A stretch of DNA of 20,000 nucleotides, from the NCBI GenBank assembly GCA_018398765.1, contig JAHBMJ010000245.1, positions 112,112 to 132,111 of the forward strand. Reading direction: 5' to 3'. A model generated the notes under the pieces. The model had not been told where the DNA came from, did not search any database, and worked only from the letters and a program-made list of their open reading frames with translations. Of the stretch, positions 12,707 to 20,000 are shown piece by piece (positions within the stretch are counted from its first letter, which is position 1; each line of letters opens with the position of its first letter). Source of the stretch: Chromera velia (Eukaryota). The translations under genes were made by a program, and so were the position numbers.

Positions 12707-12890
12707 TAGGATTGAGATTAGGATTAGGATTTGTGTTCGGAGGATTGGCCTCCTGCCCCAATGCCGAATGTCCAACGTGCAGCTTCCAAGGAAAGTGCCT
12801 AGATACATCGGACCTCCTTGGCCGGCCCGCACAGGTCTAGCCTGTGCCGCAAATGGTTTACAATTGAAGAAAAAGCACACGCGGCATGAT
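12707..12890 (-). mobile_element. Possible SINE or LINE 3' end with an (AATCCT)n tandem tail
   Basis: A GC-rich island in AT-rich DNA with several hairpins (gcacagg/cctgtgc, ccaagga/tccttgg, ggagg/cctcc). On the minus strand it ends in about four AATCCT-like units (12707-12730). Confidence 0.4.
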
Positions 12891-13189
12891 TTTTTCTTTA
12901 GCTGAATGACTTTCTGGTTTCAATCTGAGGTCATCTGACAGAGGGGCAAAAGGCTTCTAAAAGCAAAATGACTTTTAGTGCTGAAACGTAACAGAGAAAG
13001 GGAGAGAAAGAATGGAGAGAAGAGATTAAGACCAGGTGAGAGAGAGAACACGTTTATTTCACATTTTTCAGAGTAACCAAGAACGTTTCTTTTCCCGATA
13101 AGACTTAATATTGTTGTAATTCGCTCAGCTGTCAAGTGATAAGTGATCATTTAGTGGTGCCCTAGAGCACTGTTGCCGTTTTACCTTAT

Positions 13190-14330
13190 AGAGGTCGCCC
13201 CCGCAAACGACAGGGGGGTGTGCCTCACTCCTGAGGCTCAGACGACACCCCATAGCCCGCCTGGTTTCCCAAGCCACGATCAATTAACTAACAACTGTTC
13301 TGAACCTTGCATGTTTTGGGCCGCTGACTGAGAGGGGACCATTCCAAAGATAATACCAATGACACCAGACGATGGGGCATTTTGGCTTTGTATGTATGCT
13401 TCCTGCATCCTTCTTTCTGCTTTGTTCTCTCCTTCCACTCTTATCTCCCTTCCCTTTTCCATTGCTTCCAGAATCCTCTTGTATTCTTCTTTTTTTCTTT
13501 TGTCTCCTCCCCTTCTCTTTATGATTACTCCATACCTTTATGCCAGAACCGTCTCATCCAGTGAGCTCCCTGGTGCGTACCTTCCTGGGCTCTCCTTAAA
13601 AACTTTTCTGCGGAATGCAGCTGCCTTCCCGAGAAACCCATCTATCGCGGGATGTTGTTCATTCATCAGAAAAGCAAACAGAGTGTCCGTCTGAGGGGCT
13701 CTCCTCTCCCTTCCCTCTTTCTTTCTATAGATTTCTCTTGCTTTCTTTTCTCTCTTCTCGTTCCAGTCTCTTTGCAACCCTTCATACATTCTTACTGTCT
13801 TTTGGTCATATACTGGGCATTCTGTCAACATATAGATCTCATCCTCCAGCACCTCTATATCCATCTATCTTTTATAGAACGGGCATAGTCTCTTTTCCAG
13901 TGGTACCCTCTGTTCTCCTCTCTGTGGCACCTTCTCCCTTATTGCTGCCAGCGTTCTGTCTCCCACTGTGCAAGCCGCTCTTCTTTTATACTCTGCTCTT
14001 GTCGTTATTCTTTCGTAACAAAATAGCACCCTTTCCAGCTTTTCTTTCTCTATTTTTATTCCTTTTCTTGGTCTATCTTCTGATGTTTTCTCAAACAAAG
14101 AGAGGTGAAGTCTATTTTCATTTGCTTTTGTTCTATATATGTCTGCCATGTGAACTCTTCTGTACTTTTCTCTCTCTCTACGGTCTCTCTCTCTCACTCT
14201 TCTCTCAATTCTCCACCTGAAGCTTTCTTTTTTTCTTTCTTTTATCTCTCTGTCTGTCTTTTCTGCAATCCATCTCTCCATTCTGTCTATTCTGTTACGA
14301 TCATCCTAGCTAGAACTAGAGCTGGAATTA
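13190..14330 (-). mobile_element. 5'-truncated, decayed non-LTR retrotransposon (LINE): ORF2 C-terminus plus 3' UTR
   Basis: ORFs 13865-14281 and 13538-13864 share a frame across a TAG. Together they read VPLEKRLCPFYKR*MDIEVLEDEIYMLTECPVY, which matches the LINE ORF2 C-terminal zinc knuckle RxCxxC...EDExHxLxxCPxY with C->Y and H->Y changes. No RT domain or TSD was seen. Confidence 0.75.
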
Positions 14331-16178
14331 TCTAAATTTAGTTAGGACATATAGTAAAGGTACCAGTGGTTATTGTAGGTCTTAAGAGGTTTTTCTGTGT
14401 TAGTTGCATTGCATGCTAGCATTTATTAGTAGTGGTAGCTTATCAATCTCATATAGTCTCATATATGCTAACATATGATTACATATGTCATGTGATACTA
14501 GCATATGATATAACTGGTATTATATGGGGGCCAGGGTCCTCAGAGACCCAAAAATAACTTCAAACAGCCATTTCCAGTTTTTAAAATTGTTTCTAATGAA
14601 TCCTAATGAGTTCATAGCCCTAGTCCCAGCCATATGATATCAGCCTTTAAATATCTTTAAAAACACTTTAATAAGCCTTAGATATACCATTTCTACTGAA
14701 TCAGATATGAAGTTAGTACAGATAAATCAGCTAAGGTCTGCTAAGGTCTAAGTTTATACGTCAATTTACTCACTACATAGGTGTTATAGGTTACTATAGG
14801 CCATAGTATAGCAATCATTAACTCGTTGAGTGAACGCTTCGTGAGTTCCTCGTCTCTCTAGATAATAATTAGTAATAATATATAATAATATTAAATCATA
14901 TTGCAAAAAGAGGAGTATGAAAAAGTATCTCGGCATATATGGCTCACGATGCGTCTAGATGCGTCGAAGGATAGTAAAGGATAAGAACTTTTGTCTGTAC
15001 CCCCCTTTTGACACCTGACTTGACAATGGGAGTACCCACCACGACAGTTAACGACAGCGTAGCTAGACATGCAGTGCGTGGCCATGGTGCCACTGGGCAC
15101 TCTCATGCACGTATGTCCGTAAGACTTTTAGTCTTACATTTTTTTTTTGACACTATATTTTACTATATGATACTTTATGATCATTTTTTTTAGATGTAAA
15201 TGCTAGGCCTATATTTTTGTCACCATCGTCTTTAGGGGTTTGCATTGCTACAATCGATCCTGTATCGATGTACATGAGTTAAAATGCGTGTCATCTTTGC
15301 ATGAGGCTAAAATACAGAAATTAAGCTGAACTGCAGGCCCCCTTCGATCGGGCAATAGTGTATGATTCATAATCTTATTCTTCGATAGTCCAATCTCACT
15401 CTCAGCGCATTACATTTTTGGGAAGCCGAATCATCAGAATTGACAAAACACAAAGTTTGTGTATATACGCTTCTATACTTAGTTTGTCCGCCATGTTGAT
15501 GTTCTATGGGATGTTGGACGCGCTGTCACAGCATTCGACAGCGACTCAGTATGACAGAAAATGACAGAAAAGCCTTTGACAGAGCTATATAGGTGCCAAG
15601 GTCAAAAGCTTTTTTTGACACTCCCGCGTATCGGTCCCGAAAAGACTCGCATCCTTCAATAGCTCGGACGCGATATAGCTTGGTTTGGATATGCATGCAT
15701 GCAGCGAGATTAACTTCAATTTGGGCTTCCTTTTGTCAAGTTCATCCTCCCAATGATGTTTTCTGTGCGCCTACTCTCGTGTATCTGTCAATCAGTCAAT
15801 ATAAACTACTATAAACTAGTATAAACTGGTCTTCCAACAAATGACCGGTGAAGTTAAAAAGGTGTGTGTCTTGAAACGCTTCACAAACAATCTCAAAGGT
15901 GAGCTAGTGCCTTGACTTTAATGTCAGAAGATGATTTTCTACTTTTTCCTAATTTATTCGGAATTTTCTGTCCCCCGCCTCACCTTCAATATAAATGTAT
16001 GACAAAACCCTCGATCATCATATATGAATTTTTCAAAAAAAATGTTGCACTTTTAGCCGCCAGCCCAAGTAAAAGCTTACTTGAGTGAAGGAGCCGAAAT
16101 TTCTCACTGCCACTGCATGAGCCGATCCGATCCGCCAGACTTACTTTCGCGCGCAAGGCACGCGAACTGACTTGTTAA

Positions 16179-16930
16179 TAGGCAATCCGAATCATGAAGA
16201 GTCATCCAATACAAATTCGTATGCACAGATGCTTTCCGGGGCCGCACACAGTAGAATTCCGTGAGCGTGTCGATCCTTCCGTCTATACATGCATTCATCT
16301 CTCAGTTAAGCTTCCACACACCTGCTTTGACCGTGAAGTTGGAACGTTTATAGATCTTTGCATGAAATAGCTCAGCAGCAGAGACCCTGCCTGTGCGTAA
16401 TGCAGGGCGGGCGGTGCAGATCTTGTCGAGCGGATACAACAGGTAAGGAAAACAAGTAACAGTATACGTCTGGCACACCCTTTCTGTGCTTTGAGTGAAT
16501 GCATTGCTACATGACAACATGTCGTCTTCTGGAGAGTGGACATCTTGAAAATTGGATACTTGATTGAAGATCCCCTATATTTTGCAAAGATTACCCGACA
16601 GGTTTGAGGTCAAAATACGGCTGTTTTGGTTATTCTGGTAGTAAAAGCATGTGTAGAAAGAAGCAGAGGGGAGGAAGAATACAATGCAGATTTCACTTTT
16701 TTGCCTTCTTCTCTGTATGTGCAACCCCCTTCCTTGCAGAGCTCTCTTTTCTCTGACTGCCTGCCTGGTGACTGCAAGCGGGTCCGCCATTGGAGTGCTT
16801 GTACTGAGACCACCATAATAGAAAAGAATAGAGACAAAGTCCACAGCCAAGATGCCCTTCAAAAATGGGGGTCATTTTTTTTGTTAGTGCAGCTGCCATA
16901 CATTTGACTCTTCATTAGTTGGATTACCTA
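16179..16930. mobile_element. Non-autonomous DNA transposon (MITE-like), copy 1
   Basis: The left end taggcaatccgaatcatgaagagtca matches the reverse complement of the right end (taggtaatccaactaatgaagagtca) at 22/26 positions. The outer TA is a probable TSD. It is about 96% identical to 17442-18192. Confidence 0.85.
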
Positions 16931-17441
16931 AAAAAATTTTATTTCAAGACAGAGAGAGAGAAGAGAGCAAAGATGATTCGATATGTTGCAGTGCTGGCAT
17001 ACCCTCTTCTTTTATGAAACTTTCAAAGTGTTTTGCTCTGTCTGCTTGAGGAGACAGAAGTGAATATGTGCTTCTCTGCTGTTTTTACAGGCCTGTCAGA
17101 CGCCTCCCTGACCACGCGCACACCCGGCCCCTCCTTTCATTGCACTCTTTGCTCTCTTTGGTCAGTAACTGACTGTCTGCCACTTCTCTCCACTCTATGT
17201 TCTATGCATGGTGGATTCTTTCCTCTCTCGTCTGTCTCTCTTGTCCCGTATTGGTCTCTTTTACTCGCAAACCCCGCAAAATTGTCGGTACGACGAAGGA
17301 TTTTTTCTTTTCTTCTCTTTTGCTCCCCCTGTAGCAGGCCAAAAAATGGGGAAAAAATTGACACAGTTGGATTTTGCCTAGTGCATCTTTTGTCACAGCC
17401 CCGACTTCCCACATTGTTCCTTTCCAAAAATAAAGTTTCTT

Positions 17442-18192
17442 TAGGCAATCCGAATCATGAAGAGTCATCCAATACAAATTCGTATGCACAGGTGCTTTCC
17501 GGGGCCGCACACAGTAGAATTCCGTGAGCGTGTCGATCCCTCCGTCTATACATGCATTCATCTGTCAGTTAAGCTTCCACACACCTGCTTTGACCGTGAA
17601 GCCGGAACGTTTATAGATCTTTGCATGAAACAGCTCAGCAGCAGAGACCCTGCCTGTGCGTAATGCAGGGCGGGCAGTGTAGATCCTGTCGAGCGGATGC
17701 AACAGGTAAGGAAAACAAGTAACAGTATACGTCTGGCACACCCTTTCTATGCTTTGTGTGAATGTATTGCTACATGACAACATATCGTCATCTAGAGAGT
17801 GGACATCTTAAAAATTGGATACTTGATTGAAGATTCCCTATATTTTGCAAAGATTACCCGACAGGTTTGAGGTCAAAATACGGCTATTTTGGTTACTCTA
17901 GTAGCAAAAGCATGTGTAGAAAGAAGCAGAGGGGAGGAAGAATGCAATGCAGATTTCACTTTTTTGCCTTCTTCTCTGTATGTGCAACCCCCTTCCTTGC
18001 AGAGCTTTCTTTTCTCTGACTGCCTGCCTGGTGACTGCAAGCGGGTCCGCCATTGGAGTGCTTGTACTGAGACCACCATAATAGAAAAGAATAGAGACAA
18101 AGTCCACAGCCAGATACCCTTCAAAAATGGGGGTCATTTTTTTTGCTAGTGCAGCTGCCATACATTTGACTCTTTATTAGTTGGATTACCTA
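17442..18192. mobile_element. Non-autonomous DNA transposon (MITE-like), copy 2, same orientation
   Basis: It has the same TIRs and TA ends, and homology to copy 1 stops exactly at the TIRs. By eye it differs from copy 1 by 27 substitutions and one 1-bp indel. Confidence 0.85.
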
Positions 18193-18745
18193 TAGCCTAC
18201 TTCTGACCGTTTGCCGCCCCGCGGCGACAACCGTGCCTCTCATGCAGGGTGCAAGTCGAGGCCCGGCAGTGGACCGCGGGGTGGCCCGAAATATAAATCC
18301 CATCCTATTCTACATAAGCCGGTTAAGGCGTTTTGAGAACAAAATGACTATTAAGTCAGGTAATAAAAAGAAAAACTGTACATACATCATCAACTAGATC
18401 ATCAATTAAACTATTAGTCAATATTAGATTCAATAACCCTCAATATATCTAAATGAATAGTAATAAAAATGAATCAAACTATATTAAAATGATTATTCAT
18501 GAATGTACACACCATAAAACATTGTTCAATATTGTCAAATATAATATTAATTAATCAAATCACAGATCTGACAGAGAAAAGAAGGAAAAGGCGGAAAGCA
18601 TTAGAAGCACAAAGTCTTCTCTCCTCTGGACTTGGAGACGCCTCAACCCATTTGACCCCCCCCCTTTATCATCTGTCAGCTGCATTTGACATATGTCTGT
18701 ACACAAAGCAAATATGTGATTGATGTGCGATTGATATACGATTGA

Positions 18746-19905
18746 TTATCGTTTTCTGAAGTCGCAGTCACTTTTATGACCATCGGAATCCAGATTTGAG
18801 GTGTATTGATGAAGGAAAGCTGCATAGTCACGGACTCGCCCTTGTGTGCAAGTCTATCCCCTTGTCCGCATACTACTCCTCACCCCCCCCCTAACCGACA
18901 ATCGGACCTCCTTTGCTACTGCAATGATAGAGGAGAACATAGATCTCTCCGGCACATCTATGCCCGCTTTGTCCTCTTGCTTCTTCTCAACATGAAGGTC
19001 TGTAAGAGGCTCCCCCTCTTCCTTCTTTTCAACACCGCCGCCTTCATTCTCTTCAAAATCCCCCTCGCTACCTGAAAAGTCGGACTCCGACATCTCGTCT
19101 GACTCATCAACAAGACCATCATCACCCTCACCTCTTTCCTTCTTTCCTTCCTCACCTCTCTCCTTCTCTCCTTCCTCACCTCTCTCCTTCTCTCCTTCCT
19201 CACCTCTCTCTTTTTCTCCTTCCTCACCTCTCTCCTTCTCTCCTTCCTCAACTCTCTCCTTCTCCCCTTTCTCACGTCTCTCCTTCTCTCCTTCTTCAAC
19301 TCTCTCCTTCTCTTCTTCCTCACGTCTCTCCTTCTCTCCTTCCTCAACTCTCTCCTTCTCTCCTTCCTCACGTCTCTCCTTCTCTCCTTCCTCAGCTCTC
19401 TCTTTCTCTCCCTCTTCACGTCTTTCCTTCTCTCCTTCCTCACCTCTCTCCTGCTCGCCCGGAGGAGCGTCAAGCAGGCGCACCCGGTGAAGCCTTTCAA
19501 AGACTTCCTCCAAAACGATTCGGCAGGTGGATTTAAGGATAGAACCGAGACGCCCCCCTTTTGTCTTTGTTCTCGCTTCCTGCAGAGCGGAAGTGAAAGA
19601 CGCAAGGTCTGCAGCGGACTTAAAGGTTCGTCGATTCCAGTGCTCTTATGATCGGGATGTTGGATGTTTAAACTGCAGGAAAACCATATCGGCCCCCTCT
19701 CCTCCATCATACAGGACCTCGAAGCAGTCTATCTCACTGTCTTTTGCTTGTCCCTCTTTATCCTGCCAGTACCAATGCATTGGTGCATACATAACCATCG
19801 TGCGCTTCATCCAATACGAGAGGAAAGCAACAGCAACTTTCGGGAGCTAGTAGCTGTTTGTGGTCATCGCCAGAAAGAGAAGTTCAAGCGCTTGACGGCT
19901 TTTGA
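18746..19905 (-). pseudogene. Terminal exon of a decayed gene continuing past the window edge, with a possible OTU-like C-terminal half and charged 8-aa repeats
   Basis: An acceptor (tg)n-cag| lies at 19905. One frame reads KSRQALELLFLAMTTNSY*LPKVAVAFLSYW...DMVFLQFKHPTSRS*EHWNRR...MRTRG*TCTQGRVRDYAAF...RKR*. In-frame stops are at 19847-49 (TAG), 19646-48 (TAA) and 18854-56 (TAG), with no frameshift. Confidence 0.6.
19124..19450 (-). repeat. 24-bp coding minisatellite, 13 copies plus a partial copy of ERxEEGEK
   Basis: Visible in the ORF 18854-19513 translation. Alternation of R with A/V suggests a 48-bp higher-order unit. Confidence 0.9.
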
Positions 19906-19908
19906 CTG

Positions 19909-19965
19909 CACACACACATACATACATATACACACACACACACACACACACATACACACACACAT

Positions 19966-20000
<35 letters not shown>
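19909..20000. repeat. (CA)n/(TA)n microsatellite, probably intronic
   Basis: Seen directly, next to the acceptor at 19906-19907. Confidence 0.9.

Noticed and set aside
12698..12730. U1 snRNA 5' end (ATACTTAGCTAGG) or a true telomere
   Set aside because: It mismatches ATACTTACCTGG and has no U1 body. There are only about four imperfect internal repeats.
14821..14892. HDV-like ribozyme suggested by GAG-TTCCTCGT-CTC (P3/L3-like)
   Set aside because: No matching P1, P1.1 GG, P4 or P2 partner was found.
16179..18192. LTR pair or TRIM interpretation of the 750-bp direct repeats
   Set aside because: There are no TG...CA ends, no evident PBS or PPT and no shared 4-6 bp TSD. Each copy has its own TIRs.
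19124..19450. CRISPR-like array
   Set aside because: The 24-bp units are contiguous with no unique spacers, and the context is eukaryotic coding sequence.
18746..19905. Stop-codon reassignment (TAA/TAG = Gln) as the cause of the in-frame stops
   Set aside because: The two intact genes have about 1700 codons with no internal TAA/TAG and use CAG/CAA for Gln. Mutation explains the stops better.

Overview
Eukaryotic genomic DNA with GT-AG introns packed with microsatellites. The style resembles chromerid alveolates such as Chromera, but that is inference only. The left half holds two divergent, intact spliced genes. One is a minus-strand, 3-exon gene of about 722 aa: an MGCSGSK acylation motif, ankyrin repeats, a HET/TIR-like domain and LRRs. 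The other is a plus-strand, 4-exon gene of about 1023 aa for a Pro-rich, acidic, disordered protein. The right half (about 11.9-20 kb) is a field of decayed repeats: a LINE ORF2 3' remnant, a possible retroposon end with an (AATCCT)n tail, two ~750-bp TIR-bounded MITE copies and an OTU-like pseudo-exon. In three independent repeats the damage is dominated by CpA/TpG->TpA transitions, a RIP-like signature. That signature and the acylated Ank-HET-LRR receptor-like protein are the main findings. All alignments and counts were done by eye.
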